A stretch of 24,685 nt of DNA from Methanobacteriota archaeon (GCA_043820925.1 JBDRDL010000068.1:1-24685); one strand, 5' to 3'. Positions 1 through 10,828 are shown, counted from the first letter of the stretch. Translations and numbers: made by a program. The notes: a model not told the origin generated them from the letters alone.

Positions 1-291
1 GCAAGGGAACCTTTCACAGATGTTATAGTGGATGAAAAGAACAGCGAAGTTATAGTAACTGCCGAGATTCCCGGCGTTGCAAAGGAAGACATAAGGATAA
101 ATGCAGCCGAAGACAGCATAGAAATCAGAGCAGAAACCAGAGACAAAAAATACCACAAGAACCTACCGCTTGCAGTAGAAATCAACCCAAACAGCACAAA
201 CGCAAAGTACAACAATGGAATATTGGAAATCAAAGCCAGGCTGCAAAAAGCTTCGCTATTGCGGAAGGGAGTAGATATAAAAATTGAGTAA
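1..291 (+). CDS. Hsp20/alpha-crystallin small heat shock protein (5'-truncated by window edge)
   Basis: Frame is open from base 1 ([13 protein letters not shown]...). Contains the alpha-crystallin motifs [11 protein letters not shown] and AKYNNGILEI and is paralogous to the next gene. Confidence 0.9.
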   Translation, partial: AREPFTDVIVDEKNSEVIVTAEIPGVAKEDIRINAAEDSIEIRAETRDKKYHKNLPLAVEINPNSTNAKYNNGILEIKARLQKASLLRKGVDIKIE

Positions 292-297
292 ACGTCT

Positions 298-324
298 GAA
301 AATTTTACCGAGGGTAAAATTTTC
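298..324. repeat. Perfect inverted repeat GAAAATTTTACC-gag-GGTAAAATTTTC (palindrome family A, copy 1)
   Basis: 12-bp perfect arms with a 3-nt spacer; near-identical copy at 10789-10814. Confidence 0.8.
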
Positions 325-334
325 GATTTAAATT

Positions 335-381
335 GACGTAGAGGGGTCAAGCAGGTAAGTGCTAATGACCCCTGCTACGTC
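335..381. repeat. GC-rich hairpin GACGTAG-AGGGGTCA...TGACCCCT-G-CTACGTC (hairpin family B, copy 1)
   Basis: 7+8 bp arms plus an inner AGCA/TGCT stem; related copy at 12876-12917. Confidence 0.75.
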
Positions 382-401
382 TGGTTGATGGAGGTGAGAA
401 T

Positions 402-869
402 ATGAGAGGGTGGGACCCCTATGAGGAAATAAGAAGGATGCAGCGCAGGATGGAGAAGATGTTCGAGGACTTCTGGGCGAGACCTAGACTGCCAGGGAAA
501 AAAGCAGAGATAGAGCCGTTCGAAGGCGCAGAACTTTATGAGCCCTTCAGGGAACCATTTACTGACGTGATAGAAACAGATAAAGAGGTTATAGTAACTG
601 CAGAAATACCGGGCGTTGAGAAGAGCGACATAAAAATCAATGCAACCGAGGACAGGATAGAGATTTCTGCAGAGACAAAGCGCGAGGCGAAAGAGGAGAA
701 GAAAGGCTACATGCGCAGGGAAAGGAGCTATGAAAAATTCTATAGAGCCTTAACCCTGCCAGCGACTGTTGATGCAAGCAAAGCCAAAGCCTCTTACAAA
801 AACGGGGTGCTCGAGGTTGCGCTGCCGAAAACCGAAGTGACTAAAAAAACAAGTGTAAAAGTGGAGTAA
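402..869 (+). CDS. Hsp20/alpha-crystallin small heat shock protein
   Basis: N-terminal [29 protein letters not shown] and [10 protein letters not shown] motifs, C-terminal VKVE (IXI-like). RBS GGAGGTG at 390-396. Confidence 0.95.
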   Translation: MRGWDPYEEIRRMQRRMEKMFEDFWARPRLPGKKAEIEPFEGAELYEPFREPFTDVIETDKEVIVTAEIPGVEKSDIKINATEDRIEISAETKREAKEEKKGYMRRERSYEKFYRALTLPATVDASKAKASYKNGVLEVALPKTEVTKKTSVKVE

Positions 870-871
870 AA

Positions 872-3049
872 ATGGAAAAAATAGAATTGAAGGTAGCCGA
901 AGCTAGAGCAAATGATGTCGGCAGGGGAATCGCAAGGGTAGACCCGGCGATAACCGATAAACTCGGGCTTACTTCTGGAGATGTCCTGCAAATCACCGGA
1001 AAGAAAAAAACAGTTGCAATCTCCTGGCCGGGTTACCCTGAAGATTCAAAGCTTGGTATAATAAGGCTTGACGGCTCCACGAGGAGAAATGCAGGAGCAG
1101 GTATAGATGACAGGGTTGCTGTAAAGAAGATAGAAGCAAAACACGCTGCGAAAATAAAACTCGCACCTACTGAATCCCTGCGAATCGTGGGCGGTGAAAG
1201 CTATCTCAAGCAGTTTCTGGAAAACAGGGTGGTTACAAGAGGCGACCTAATAGAGATAAATTTGATGGGGAGAAAAATTGGACTAATCATCGTTGCAGCA
1301 CAGCCGCATGCCGAAGCTGTAATAATCTCTTATGAAACAAAAATCGAAATCAGCGAGAAACCTGCCAGGGAGACAGAGGCGAGAATACCGAGGATAACAT
1401 ACGAAGACATCGGCGGCTTGAGGGACGAGGTGCAGAAGGTCAGGGAGATGATAGAGCTTCCTCTCAAGCACCCAGAAATCTTTGAGAGACTCGGTGTGGA
1501 GGCTCCGAAGGGCGTGCTGCTGCACGGTCCTCCAGGCTGCGGTAAAACTCTGCTTGCAAAAGCGGTAGCAAACGAAACAGAGGCTAATTTCTCGAGCATA
1601 AGCGGTCCAGAAATCATGAGCAAGTTTTACGGAGAGAGCGAAGAAAACTTGCGCAAGATGTTTAAAGAGGCAGAAGAAAACGCTCCGAGCATAGTCTTTA
1701 TAGATGAGCTGGACTCGATTGCGCCGAAAAGAGAAGAAGTTACCGGCGAAGTGGAGCGCAGGGTAGTTGCGCAGCTTCTTGCAATGATGGACGGCTTGAA
1801 GTCGAGAGGTCAGGTCGTTGTTATAGGAGCGACAAACCGACCAAATGCAATTGACCCAGCTCTGCGCAGACCTGGAAGATTTGATAGAGAAATTGTAATC
1901 GGCGTTCCTGACAGAAATGGAAGGAAGGAAATCCTGCAGATACACACGAGAGGAATGCCGCTCGCAGAGGACGTTAATTTAGAACATTTAGCGAACATAA
2001 CGCACGGCTTTGTAGGTGCTGATTTTGAATCTCTCACAAAGGAATCTGCGATGCGTGCTCTGCGAAGGATTTTACCAGAAATCGACCTAGAATTAGAGAG
2101 CATTCCAGCAGAAGTTTTGAATAAACTTACTGTAACCCAGAAGGACTTCATGGACGCATTAATGGAGATAGAGCCCTCTGCGCTGAGGGAAGTGCTCGTA
2201 GAAATTCCAGACATAAAATGGGATGATATTGGCGGCTTGGAAGAGGCAAAGCAGGAGTTGAGAGAAGCTGTGGAATGGCCGCTGAAGTATCCTGACCTGT
2301 TCACGCACATGAACGCCCAGCCGCCGAAGGGGATTCTCATATACGGTCCTCCAGGAACTGGAAAAACGCTGCTTGCAAAAGCGGTAGCGAACGAGAGTGA
2401 GGCAAATTTCATAAGCGTTAAAGGTCCTGAATTTCTGAGCAAGTGGGTCGGAGAAAGCGAAAAGGCTGTTAGAGAGACCTTCAGAAAGGCGAAGCAGGCA
2501 GCACCCTGCATAGTCTTCTTCGATGAGCTCGACGCTGTTGCGCCGACAAGAGGAACGGGCTTTGATTCGCATGTAACTGAAAGAGTAATCAGCCAGGTTC
2601 TGACAGAATTAGACGGCCTGGAGGAACTGCACGGAGTTGTGGTAATTGCAGCCACGAATCGACCTGATATGGTCGACCCTGCGCTGCTTCGGCCGGGAAG
2701 ATTCGACAGACTGGTTTACATACCTCCGCCTGACGTTAAATCTAGGGAAGACATATTTAAGATACATGCAATCAAAAAGCCACTCGCCAGCGATGTCTCG
2801 CTGCAAAAGCTTGCAGAGGTTACCGACGGCTATACTGGTGCAGATATTGCAGCAGTTTGCAACGAAGCAGTCATGCTCGCAATAAGGGAGTACGTCAAGA
2901 AAGGCAAGAAACTGGATAAGAAAGTACTTAAGAAAGAGCTGAAGGTTGAGATGAGACATTTCGAGGAAGCTCTGAAAAAGTTAAGACCTATATCTGAGGC
3001 AGAGCTAAATAAGTACAAGGGAATTGCCCAGAGCTTCGAGAATAGATAG
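872..3049 (+). CDS. cdc48: CDC48/VAT family AAA+ ATPase (paralog 1)
   Basis: N-domain ([14 protein letters not shown]) and two AAA modules with Walker [17 protein letters not shown], Walker B IVFIDE/IVFFDE and [21 protein letters not shown]. Confidence 0.97.
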   Translation: MEKIELKVAEARANDVGRGIARVDPAITDKLGLTSGDVLQITGKKKTVAISWPGYPEDSKLGIIRLDGSTRRNAGAGIDDRVAVKKIEAKHAAKIKLAPTESLRIVGGESYLKQFLENRVVTRGDLIEINLMGRKIGLIIVAAQPHAEAVIISYETKIEISEKPARETEARIPRITYEDIGGLRDEVQKVREMIELPLKHPEIFERLGVEAPKGVLLHGPPGCGKTLLAKAVANETEANFSSISGPEIMSKFYGESEENLRKMFKEAEENAPSIVFIDELDSIAPKREEVTGEVERRVVAQLLAMMDGLKSRGQVVVIGATNRPNAIDPALRRPGRFDREIVIGVPDRNGRKEILQIHTRGMPLAEDVNLEHLANITHGFVGADFESLTKESAMRALRRILPEIDLELESIPAEVLNKLTVTQKDFMDALMEIEPSALREVLVEIPDIKWDDIGGLEEAKQELREAVEWPLKYPDLFTHMNAQPPKGILIYGPPGTGKTLLAKAVANESEANFISVKGPEFLSKWVGESEKAVRETFRKAKQAAPCIVFFDELDAVAPTRGTGFDSHVTERVISQVLTELDGLEELHGVVVIAATNRPDMVDPALLRPGRFDRLVYIPPPDVKSREDIFKIHAIKKPLASDVSLQKLAEVTDGYTGADIAAVCNEAVMLAIREYVKKGKKLDKKVLKKELKVEMRHFEEALKKLRPISEAELNKYKGIAQSFENR

Positions 3050-3057
3050 GTGGCATT

Positions 3058-5238
3058 ATGGAAGTTGAACTGAAAGTTGCAGAAGCTATGCAGAACGACG
3101 TTGGACGAGGCATAGCCAGGATTGATACCAGAACCAGAGATATACTTGGCATCTCTACCGGCGATGTAATCGAGATAACCGGAAAAAAATCAACAGGTGC
3201 GATAGTCTGGCGTGCCTATGCTGAAGACGAAGGTCTGGGAATAATAAGGATGGACGGAATTCTGCGCCAGAATGCCGAAATTTCTCTCGGAGACAGGGTT
3301 AAGGTCAAGAAAGTAGCGGCGCACGATGCGAAAAAAGTGGTCTTTGCTCCCACGCAAGCTATCAGATTTTCAATTGGATTTGGGGATTTCATAAGGAGAA
3401 GATTGTTAGGAAGACCTGTAACTGCAGGAGACAGAATAGTTGTAGGAGTACTTGGAACAACGCTGCCTTTCACAATAAGCCAGACGATTCCTTCAGGAAT
3501 AACTCGAATCACTGACTACACTGAAATAGTCGTTAGAGAGGAGCCGCTGAAGGGAAGAGCAGGAATACCGAGCATAGCGTACGAAGACATAGGCGGTCTC
3601 AGGGGTGAAGTCCAGAAAGTAAGGGAGATGATTGAGCTGCCCATGAAGCATCCGGAGCTATTTGACAGACTCGGCATCGAGCCGCCGAAAGGGGTTCTAC
3701 TTCACGGACCTCCCGGAACTGGCAAGACTCTAATCGCAAAGGCTGTGGCAAACGAAACCAACGCATTCTTCATCTCACTTAACGGTCCAGAGATAATGAG
3801 CAAGTTTTACGGAGAGAGCGAAGAAAACTTGCGCAAGATGTTTAAAGAGGCAGAAGAAAACGCTCCGAGCATAATTTTCATAGACGAAATCGATGCAATT
3901 GCGCCGAAGAGGGAAGAGGTGCACGGCGAGGTTGAGCGCAGGGTAGTTGCGCAATTGCTAGCGCTGATGGACGGGCTTAAATCCAGAGGAAAAACCGTGG
4001 TTATAGGAGCGACGAATAGACCGGATGCTCTCGACCCAGCTCTGCGCAGACCTGGAAGATTTGATAGAGAAATTGTAATCGGCGTTCCTGACAGAAATGG
4101 AAGGAAGGAAATCCTGCAGATACACACGAGAGGAATGCCGCTCGCAGAGGACGTTAATCTAGACGAGCTTGCAAATGTAACCCACGGCTTCGTTGGAGCT
4201 GATCTGGAAGCTCTATGCAAAGAATCTGCAATGGGTACTCTCAGGAAAGTGCTGCCTGAAATTGACTTAAAAGATGAAACAATTCCACCCTCGATTTTAG
4301 AAAAACTGCAGGTAACGAAAGAAGATTTTATCGAGGCGCTCAAATTAGTTGAACCCTCTGCGCTGAGGGAAGTTTTCATAGAAATACCTAATGTGAGATG
4401 GGATGATGTGGGAGGCTTGAAAGAAATAAAGCAGGAGTTAAGGGAAGCTGTGGAATGGCCTATTAAAAACCCTCAGGTATTTACTAAGATGGGAATAAAG
4501 CCGCCGAAGGGAGTGCTCATATTCGGACCTCCAGGGTGCGGAAAAACTCTGCTCGCAAAGGCTATTGCGAACGAGAGCGAATCGAATTTCATAAGCGTTA
4601 AAGGTCCTGAGATTCTCAGTAAGTGGGTGGGGGAGAGTGAAAAGGCTGTGCGCCAAATTTTCAAGAAAGCCAAGCAGGCTGCGCCGACGATAGTTTTCAT
4701 AGACGAACTCGATGCTATATCCTCGATGAGGGGTCTTGAGGTAGGAAGCAGGGTTGGGGAGCGGGTTCTCAATCAGTTGCTGACTGAAATGGACGGCATG
4801 GAAGAGCTGCACAGTGTTGTAGTAATCGCAGCCACAAATCGACCGGATATGCTTGACCCAGCGCTTCTGCGTCCCGGTCGCTTTGACAAGCTTCTGCTGG
4901 TACCAGCGCCGGACGAGGAAGCCAGGTTGGAGATATTCAAGGTGCACACCAAGAACATGCCCCTCGACGAGAGCGTAGACTTAAACAAGCTGGTTAAACA
5001 AACCAACAGCTATGCCGGCGCAGACATCGAAGGTCTGTGCAGAGAGGCTGCGATGCTTGCGATTAGAGAGAGTCTGGTTGGAGGAGACCTCGAAACCAAG
5101 AAGGTAGGCATGGAGCACTTCGCAGAAGCCATGAAGAAGATAAGACCGAGCGTAACTAAAGAGGTTGCACTCTCTTATGAGGGCTTTTTAAGACGCTGCG
5201 AAACCAAAGAGCTGGAAAAGCTGAGCTACATGAGGTAA
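3058..5238 (+). CDS. cdc48: CDC48/VAT family AAA+ ATPase (paralog 2)
   Basis: Same architecture as paralog 1; RBS AGGTGG upstream; ends LSYMR. Confidence 0.97.
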   Translation: MEVELKVAEAMQNDVGRGIARIDTRTRDILGISTGDVIEITGKKSTGAIVWRAYAEDEGLGIIRMDGILRQNAEISLGDRVKVKKVAAHDAKKVVFAPTQAIRFSIGFGDFIRRRLLGRPVTAGDRIVVGVLGTTLPFTISQTIPSGITRITDYTEIVVREEPLKGRAGIPSIAYEDIGGLRGEVQKVREMIELPMKHPELFDRLGIEPPKGVLLHGPPGTGKTLIAKAVANETNAFFISLNGPEIMSKFYGESEENLRKMFKEAEENAPSIIFIDEIDAIAPKREEVHGEVERRVVAQLLALMDGLKSRGKTVVIGATNRPDALDPALRRPGRFDREIVIGVPDRNGRKEILQIHTRGMPLAEDVNLDELANVTHGFVGADLEALCKESAMGTLRKVLPEIDLKDETIPPSILEKLQVTKEDFIEALKLVEPSALREVFIEIPNVRWDDVGGLKEIKQELREAVEWPIKNPQVFTKMGIKPPKGVLIFGPPGCGKTLLAKAIANESESNFISVKGPEILSKWVGESEKAVRQIFKKAKQAAPTIVFIDELDAISSMRGLEVGSRVGERVLNQLLTEMDGMEELHSVVVIAATNRPDMLDPALLRPGRFDKLLLVPAPDEEARLEIFKVHTKNMPLDESVDLNKLVKQTNSYAGADIEGLCREAAMLAIRESLVGGDLETKKVGMEHFAEAMKKIRPSVTKEVALSYEGFLRRCETKELEKLSYMR

Positions 5239-5241
5239 AAC

Positions 5242-5373
5242 ATGCAACATAACATGAAGTTGAATTATATTTTGTTAATCGCAGTAGTTTTTGTAAGTTG
5301 CGTATCTCAATCTGAGACTCCAGAAACAGCGCTGAGAGAAACTCAACCTATTGAACCACCTAGAAGATATTAA
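5242..5373 (+). other. Short ORF (43 aa) with lipoprotein-like signal peptide; probably a gene remnant
   Basis: MQHNMKLNYILLIAVVFVSCVSQSETPETALRETQPIEPPRRY*: Lys, hydrophobic stretch, Cys, then a Pro/Thr/Glu linker. GAGGT RBS at 5232-5236. Confidence 0.4.
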
Positions 5374-5467
5374 ATAATCTTGAGAAAATAAAAAAAGAAA
5401 TTATTAAGAAAATTCTTTTGGACATAGCAAAAGAAGACAGGGAGCAAGAAAAAAATAAGGTGATATT

Positions 5468-5992
5468 ATGGTAAAATTATGGAGATGTGAAATTTGTGGA
5501 GATCCCTATATTGGAGAAAGCCCGCCAGATAACTGCCCATTTTGCGGGGCACATATAAAATACATAAAAGAAGCAAAAGTAGCCAGAGTCAATTTTGATG
5601 TTAAACTAAATGAGAAGGATAAAGCAAATGCTGAACATGCTATGCTGGTAGAAGTAAGCAATTCTGCATTTTATTTCTGCGCTGCTGAAAAAACGGATGA
5701 TGCGGAAGGAAAATTATTGTTCAAAGCCCTGGAAAAAGTGGAAGCAGAACATGCCAGCGTTTGGAAGAAGATATTAAAGCTTGATAGCGTGTCTCAAGGG
5801 AAAGAATCATGTCATATAAGCAATAAGGAAAATTTAGAGGAATCTCATGCAAGAGAGACAAGAGCTATTGAATTTTATAAAAAAGCAGCTGCAGAATCTG
5901 AAAATGAGAGAGTAAAACAGATATTTGAAGCATTTGTTGAAGTAGAGACAGATCATTTGCAGCTTTCAGAGGATAAATATGGAAACAACTAA
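5468..5992 (+). CDS. Reverse rubrerythrin-like protein (N-terminal rubredoxin domain + ferritin-like di-iron domain)
   Basis: WRCEICG...CPFCGA followed by two ExxH motifs (EAEH, ETDH). Confidence 0.88.
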   Translation: MVKLWRCEICGDPYIGESPPDNCPFCGAHIKYIKEAKVARVNFDVKLNEKDKANAEHAMLVEVSNSAFYFCAAEKTDDAEGKLLFKALEKVEAEHASVWKKILKLDSVSQGKESCHISNKENLEESHARETRAIEFYKKAAAESENERVKQIFEAFVEVETDHLQLSEDKYGNN

Positions 5993-6593
5993 GTTTTACA
6001 TTTTACCAAAACTGCCTTATGAATATAAGGATTTAGCGCCATCTATATCTGAAGAACAATTAAAAGTACACCACCAAAAGCATCATCAGGCATACGTTAA
6101 TGGTGCAAATGCGATATTCGAGAAACTTGACAAAGCACGAGAAGATGGTACTGATCTGGATTTTAAAGCTACTTTAAAGGAACTCTCGTTCAACGTAGGA
6201 GGGCATTTACTACATTCATTGTTCTGGGGCAATTTAGCACCGACTGGCAAATGCCGTGGAAAGCCAACTGAGATTTTAGGCGATGCTATAGAGAAGGAGT
6301 TTGGGAGTTTTGAAAGATTTAAAAGGGAATTTGCTCAAGCCGCTGTTAGCGTAGAAGGCTCTGGATGGGCAGCACTAACCTACTGCAAGCAGACTAATAG
6401 ACCAATAGTAATGCAGATTGAGAAGCACAACACTAACGTTTACCCCATGTTCAGAATTTTAATGGTTCTCGATGTCTTTGAGCATGCATACTATATTGAT
6501 TACAGGAATGAAAGAGCCAAATTTGTCGATGCATTCTGGAGCATCGTAAATTGGGATGAAGTAAACAAAAGGCTTAAAGAATTATTGAAATAG
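5979..6593 (+). CDS. sod: Fe/Mn superoxide dismutase
   Basis: [31 protein letters not shown] and DVFEHAYY metal-ligand motifs. Confidence 0.97.
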   Translation: METTKFYILPKLPYEYKDLAPSISEEQLKVHHQKHHQAYVNGANAIFEKLDKAREDGTDLDFKATLKELSFNVGGHLLHSLFWGNLAPTGKCRGKPTEILGDAIEKEFGSFERFKREFAQAAVSVEGSGWAALTYCKQTNRPIVMQIEKHNTNVYPMFRILMVLDVFEHAYYIDYRNERAKFVDAFWSIVNWDEVNKRLKELLK

Positions 6594-7484
6594 CCTATGA
6601 TTCGCTATGTGGTGCGTGTCATAAGGCTCTATGTGAACCAATACATATGAAATTTCTGGAAAATTTTCTTTTATCTTATTTTGAACTTCATGCGCAATTT
6701 TATGCGCTTCACTCAGGGGTAAGTTTTCATCGACACAAACATGCAAATCCACATTGAAGTATGCCCCTATGCCGTGTATTTTTATGCGGTGAATTAACTT
6801 AACTCCGCTCATGCTTGAAACAAATTTTTCAATTTTATCGTTGAGTTCTGGATAAGATACCGTACCCATTAACTGCAAAATATTATCTTTCCCTACGTTG
6901 AAGCCGATGAGGACAATCACCGCTGCTACGAGCAGTCCTGCTGCCGGGTCCAAGAATGGATAGCCGTTCCTCGCTCCTATTATTCCAACCAGTACAACTA
7001 ACGAAGAGTATACATCGCTTCTGTGGTGCTGGGCATCTGCGCCGAGTGCAGGGCTTCGAATATGCTTGGCGATTTTAATGGTGTAGCGGCTCATCAACTC
7101 CTTGAATATTATCGAAAAAATCGTTGCATAAATAGCTATGGACTTAGGAATTGGAGGCTGGGTGTAAATTTTACCAACAGCATATTTCGCAAACTCTAAT
7201 CCGAGAATGATTAGAAAGATAGATATGACGAATCCTGTGAGGGGCTCCACATCGCCATGGCCGTACTGGTGCTCCCTATCTGGCGGTCTGCGCGATGCCC
7301 TGAGTCCAAACCATGTTACTGCGGAAGCTATTATGTCCGAGAAAGAGTGCAAAGCATCTGCAATTACAGCAGTGCTGCACGCAACCACACCTACAATAAA
7401 TTTAAATGCCGAAAGAACTACGTTCCCAAATACCCCAACCAACGCTGCCCTCTCACCAAGTTTTCCTCTTTTTTCCATTTTCAT
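6582..7484 (-). CDS. Cation diffusion facilitator (FieF/MamB-like) metal exporter
   Basis: [29 protein letters not shown] motifs and C-terminal dimerisation domain (VLVHIEP). Confidence 0.93.
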   Translation of the reverse strand: MKMEKRGKLGERAALVGVFGNVVLSAFKFIVGVVACSTAVIADALHSFSDIIASAVTWFGLRASRRPPDREHQYGHGDVEPLTGFVISIFLIILGLEFAKYAVGKIYTQPPIPKSIAIYATIFSIIFKELMSRYTIKIAKHIRSPALGADAQHHRSDVYSSLVVLVGIIGARNGYPFLDPAAGLLVAAVIVLIGFNVGKDNILQLMGTVSYPELNDKIEKFVSSMSGVKLIHRIKIHGIGAYFNVDLHVCVDENLPLSEAHKIAHEVQNKIKENFPEISYVLVHIEPYDTHHIANHRLFQ

Positions 7485-8374
7485 TTTCCTTTCCTCAACT
7501 TCGCAATAAAAAATCCCTGCGTTCCATGGATGTGCGGGTAGAATCTCTTAGCCTTTCGCATTTCTTTACTGAGCTCTTTTCCATAGCAGGTTGCGAAGGC
7601 TTCTTCTCCGTACTGCACGCTCTCAAGCCTCAGCCCAAGCTCAAGGGCGTGCTGCGCAATAAACTCATTCTCCTCGGGTAAAAAGCTGCAGGTCGTGTAA
7701 ACCAGAGTTCCTCCATCGAGCAGCACACCATAGGCTGCTTCAAGAAGTGACCTCTGCGCAGCGGTACAGTTTGCAACGTCTTCGCTGGTTTTCTGTGCCG
7801 CCTCCGGATTTTTGAAAACGGTACCTGTCCCTGTGCACGGGGCATCAAGCAATATCTTGCTGAATTTTATGCCGAGCTCCTGCACATTCAGAGCATTCGT
7901 TCTTATTGTTATCACATTTTCAACTCCCATTCTGCTTATGTTTGAGCGGAGAGATTTCATGCGCTCTCTGTTAAGCTCGATAGAAATTATAGTGCCCCTG
8001 TTGCACATGAGCTGCGCTAAGTGGGTGGTCTTTCCTCCGGGTGCTGCCGTCATATCCAGAATAACCTCGCTACTCTGCGGCTCAAGAACCTCGCATGCAT
8101 ACATAGAAGTAGCGTCCTGGATGAAGTAATATCCGAGCAGGTACTCTGTGGTTGCACCGACCGAGAAGGGAGATGCCTTGACAAAGTAGCCGTGCCTTGT
8201 CCAGGGTATCTTCTGAAGTTTTATGCCTTTTTTCTCCAGCCTCGGTATTAGCACTTTTTCAGAAGTTTTTAGGGTATTTATTCTTATAGACTGCTCGAGA
8301 GGCATGCCTAAGTTCGCAATGACTTTTTCTGAAAAAAACTGCCTGTACTTCTCCATTAGAAAGTCGGAATACAT
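7481..8374 (-). CDS. RsmB/NOL1/NOP2/Sun family RNA cytosine-C5 methyltransferase
   Basis: IRINTLK, IQDATS, DMTAAPGGKT, LLDAPCTG, YTTCS..PEENE and GFFIAKL motifs. Confidence 0.93.
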   Translation of the reverse strand: MYSDFLMEKYRQFFSEKVIANLGMPLEQSIRINTLKTSEKVLIPRLEKKGIKLQKIPWTRHGYFVKASPFSVGATTEYLLGYYFIQDATSMYACEVLEPQSSEVILDMTAAPGGKTTHLAQLMCNRGTIISIELNRERMKSLRSNISRMGVENVITIRTNALNVQELGIKFSKILLDAPCTGTGTVFKNPEAAQKTSEDVANCTAAQRSLLEAAYGVLLDGGTLVYTTCSFLPEENEFIAQHALELGLRLESVQYGEEAFATCYGKELSKEMRKAKRFYPHIHGTQGFFIAKLRKGK

Positions 8375-8411
8375 GCTTAGTAATATATATTCAGAAATAT
8401 ATCTTTTGCAT

Positions 8412-8927
8412 ATGCTGGAAATCGAAGCGAAGGCGAGAGTCTCGAATCAAGGAAAAATTAAGAGCAAGCTCATAGAGCTTGGAGCAAAATTCTTGAAAAA
8501 AGAAGAGCAGGAGGACATTTACTTCGATCACCCCGCAAGAGATTTTGCAAAGAGCGACGAGGCGCTGAGGATTAGGAAAATTGGAAAAGACTCTTACCTA
8601 ACTTACAAAGGACCGAAGCTCGACAAACTCACAAAGACGAGAGAAGAGCATGAATTTAAATTTTCTGGCTTTGAAGAAGCGAAAGAAATTTTAAAGAAAT
8701 TGAAATTCAGAGAAGTTGCGACGATAAGAAAGCAAAGAGAATATTATGCCCTGCAAAACTTTATCATTGCGCTGGATGAAGTCGAAGATTTGGGCAGCTT
8801 CATAGAGGTTGAGAAAAAAGCAGGGCACTATACTCCTGAGGAAATTATAGCCTTTTTAAAGAAGCTTGGAGTTGAGGATGGTAGCATAGAGAGAAGGTCG
8901 TATCTCGAACTAATTCTCAAAAGCTGA
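8412..8927 (+). CDS. cyaB: CYTH-domain protein, class IV adenylate cyclase (CyaB-like)
   Basis: EIEAK N-terminal motif, QEDIYF, DEALRIR, LTYKGPK, LGSFIEVE and RRSYLEL. Start moved to ATG 8412 because the upstream extension overlaps the divergent gene. Confidence 0.9.
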   Translation: MLEIEAKARVSNQGKIKSKLIELGAKFLKKEEQEDIYFDHPARDFAKSDEALRIRKIGKDSYLTYKGPKLDKLTKTREEHEFKFSGFEEAKEILKKLKFREVATIRKQREYYALQNFIIALDEVEDLGSFIEVEKKAGHYTPEEIIAFLKKLGVEDGSIERRSYLELILKS

Positions 8928-9564
8928 CAAACTCAAAATTTATTTTGTCGTTGATGCGTACTCTTGCGCAGCCCATGTGCAGCGGACCTGAGTTAATCAC
9001 CAGCGTTCTCCCTATCCAATCAAAGCCCCTTGCCTCGTGTGCATGCCCGCACAGGACAATGTCTACCTGATTTTTTTCAACGAATTCCCTTACTTTCCTG
9101 CTTCCGATGTGCGCTCCTGAGCCGCCTGTATCCACTGCTGTGTTGTGCGGCGGTGAATGAGAAACCAGAATTTTGTGCTTTTGAGCCTTGATTTTTTCAA
9201 ACCCCTGCTTCAAAAACTCTTCGAGTTTTTCTTCAGAATATTCCTGCGGCGTATCGAAGGGCGTTGCACCCGAGCCTCCCACGCCGAAAAAGCCTATTTC
9301 CTTGAAGACCCTGCCGCTGGAATGCAGGTCTATGTCTAACTCTGCCAGGACTTCATTTACCTCTGGCAAATCGCAGTTCCCGGGCACCGCAAAGACTTTC
9401 TTGTTAATCTTGAAGAGTTCCTCCAGCGCAGCCTTCGCCTTTTCCCTGCCTCCGAAATGGGTTATATCGCCGCTGAGCACGATAATATCTACCCTAGCCA
9501 AGGGCTTCAATTTCTTGATATTTTCTATTCTGCCGTGCAGGTCAGAGATGCAGAGTACTCGCAT
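8917..9564 (-). CDS. Metallophosphoesterase (calcineurin-like, Icc-related)
   Basis: ISDLHG, SGDIT, VPGNCD, VSHSPP and LCGHAHE motifs. Confidence 0.92.
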   Translation of the reverse strand: MRVLCISDLHGRIENIKKLKPLARVDIIVLSGDITHFGGREKAKAALEELFKINKKVFAVPGNCDLPEVNEVLAELDIDLHSSGRVFKEIGFFGVGGSGATPFDTPQEYSEEKLEEFLKQGFEKIKAQKHKILVSHSPPHNTAVDTGGSGAHIGSRKVREFVEKNQVDIVLCGHAHEARGFDWIGRTLVINSGPLHMGCARVRINDKINFEFVSF

Positions 9565-9615
9565 AATAATCACTCACACAACACCTTTTTAAAATTTTGC
9601 ATGGGAAAAAGGTAC

Positions 9616-9680
9616 CTATTGTTAAATCCTGTACTCGCAGCCGCAGCAATGGCATTCAGCTCTGTCTCTGTCGTAACGAA
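9616..9680 (+). pseudogene. Remnant of heavy-metal P1B-type ATPase (CopA-like last TM helix)
   Basis: Encodes LLLNPVLAAAAMAFSSVSVVT, matching the AM..SS.SV signature of the final helix of Cu(I) P1B ATPases. No other ATPase sequence nearby. Confidence 0.7.
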
Positions 9681-9694
9681 ACATGATCTAAACA

Positions 9695-10333
9695 TCACCA
9701 CCCGTATTCCCCGATTAGAGGCACGAAGACACAGCTTCCTAGATTTCTCTTCTCTATTTTATTCTCTGTTTTCTCAATCAAAATCAGTTCTTGCATATAT
9801 CTCGAGCCGATTGGGATAAGCAGCTTGCCTCCAACCTTCAGCTGCTCTACCAGGGGTTTCGGTATATCAGGCGCTCCTGCCGTAACAAAGATTCGGTCGT
9901 AAGGAGCCTCTTTCTCATGCCCCCTCGTTCCGTCGCCTATGATTATCTGGACCTGCTCGCACCCTGCTTTCTCCATATTCTCTTTCGCTTTTTCTGCCAG
10001 CCTTGCTATTCTCTCAACCGCAAAAACCGAGCCTTTTTTTACTATGTGCGCAACTATGCAGGCGTGGTAGCCTGTGCCTGCGCCGACTTCCAAAACTTTG
10101 TGGTCTTCCCGCAGCTCTAATGCATCGCACATCATCGCAACCATGTGCGGAGCAGAAATAGTCTGCTCCTCGCCCACCGGCAGGGGTCGGTCCTCGTAGG
10201 CATGTTTCTCTAAATCCTCTGGAACGAAAAGATGGCGGGGAACTTTTCTCATAGCCTCCGCCACTTTCTCGCTCCGCAAGTAGCCAAAAGCAGCCAGCCT
10301 TTCAACCATCTCTATTCTTTCTTCTTCGTACAT
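9695..10333 (-). CDS. pcm: Protein-L-isoaspartate O-methyltransferase
   Basis: VPRHLFVP, QTISAPHMVA, VLEVGAGTGY, APYDRIFVTAG and FVPLIG motifs. Confidence 0.95.
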   Translation of the reverse strand: MYEEERIEMVERLAAFGYLRSEKVAEAMRKVPRHLFVPEDLEKHAYEDRPLPVGEEQTISAPHMVAMMCDALELREDHKVLEVGAGTGYHACIVAHIVKKGSVFAVERIARLAEKAKENMEKAGCEQVQIIIGDGTRGHEKEAPYDRIFVTAGAPDIPKPLVEQLKVGGKLLIPIGSRYMQELILIEKTENKIEKRNLGSCVFVPLIGEYGW

Positions 10334-10374
10334 GCTACCAACAATTTTTTTATAGGAATACGTAATTTACTTCT

Positions 10375-10824
10375 GTGGTAGAGACAATTATATCTTACGG
10401 ACACGAGAACATAACTTCAAAGCATGCTACTACGCTGGAAATAACCAAAGACAAAGAGATAACGAAGAATGCAGACTGCATTATAGGAGTTAAAGCAGAC
10501 AAAGGTATCTCTGAGCTGAGCGAAAATTTCAAGCAGAATGCGAGGAATGAGAAAAGCGTAATAAAGGTTGTTTTGCAGGCTGGGAATATAACCGAGACCA
10601 TAATCGGAAGAGGGCATCCTGATTTATCTTTCTCACACGAGACTGACATAGTGATAAGGAAAAGCGCATTCATCTGTCCGAGAACGCTTATGATAAAAGC
10701 AGATAAAAGTGCAAGAGAGCTTGACAGAAGGTTGATAAATTTATTAAAGGACAGAAAGCAGAAATTAATAGTCGAAATTTCAATCGTAGAAAATTTACCT
10801 GAGGGTAAATTTTCATACGATTAA
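10375..10824 (+). CDS. DUF371 family archaeal conserved protein
   Basis: GHENI...H.TTLEITKD, ADCIIGV and DIVIRKS.F..PRTL.I.ADKSA motifs. Confidence 0.85.
   Translation: MVETIISYGHENITSKHATTLEITKDKEITKNADCIIGVKADKGISELSENFKQNARNEKSVIKVVLQAGNITETIIGRGHPDLSFSHETDIVIRKSAFICPRTLMIKADKSARELDRRLINLLKDRKQKLIVEISIVENLPEGKFSYD
10789..10814. repeat. Perfect inverted repeat GAAAATTTACC-tgag-GGTAAATTTTC (palindrome family A, copy 2)
   Basis: 11-bp perfect arms; near-identical to 298-324. Confidence 0.8.
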
Positions 10825-10828
10825 AAAT

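Noticed and set aside
1283..5006. Long antisense ORFs within the cdc48 genes, with repeated peptide segments
   Set aside because: Shadow frames of the real genes; the repeated peptides simply mirror the identical cdc48 tracts.
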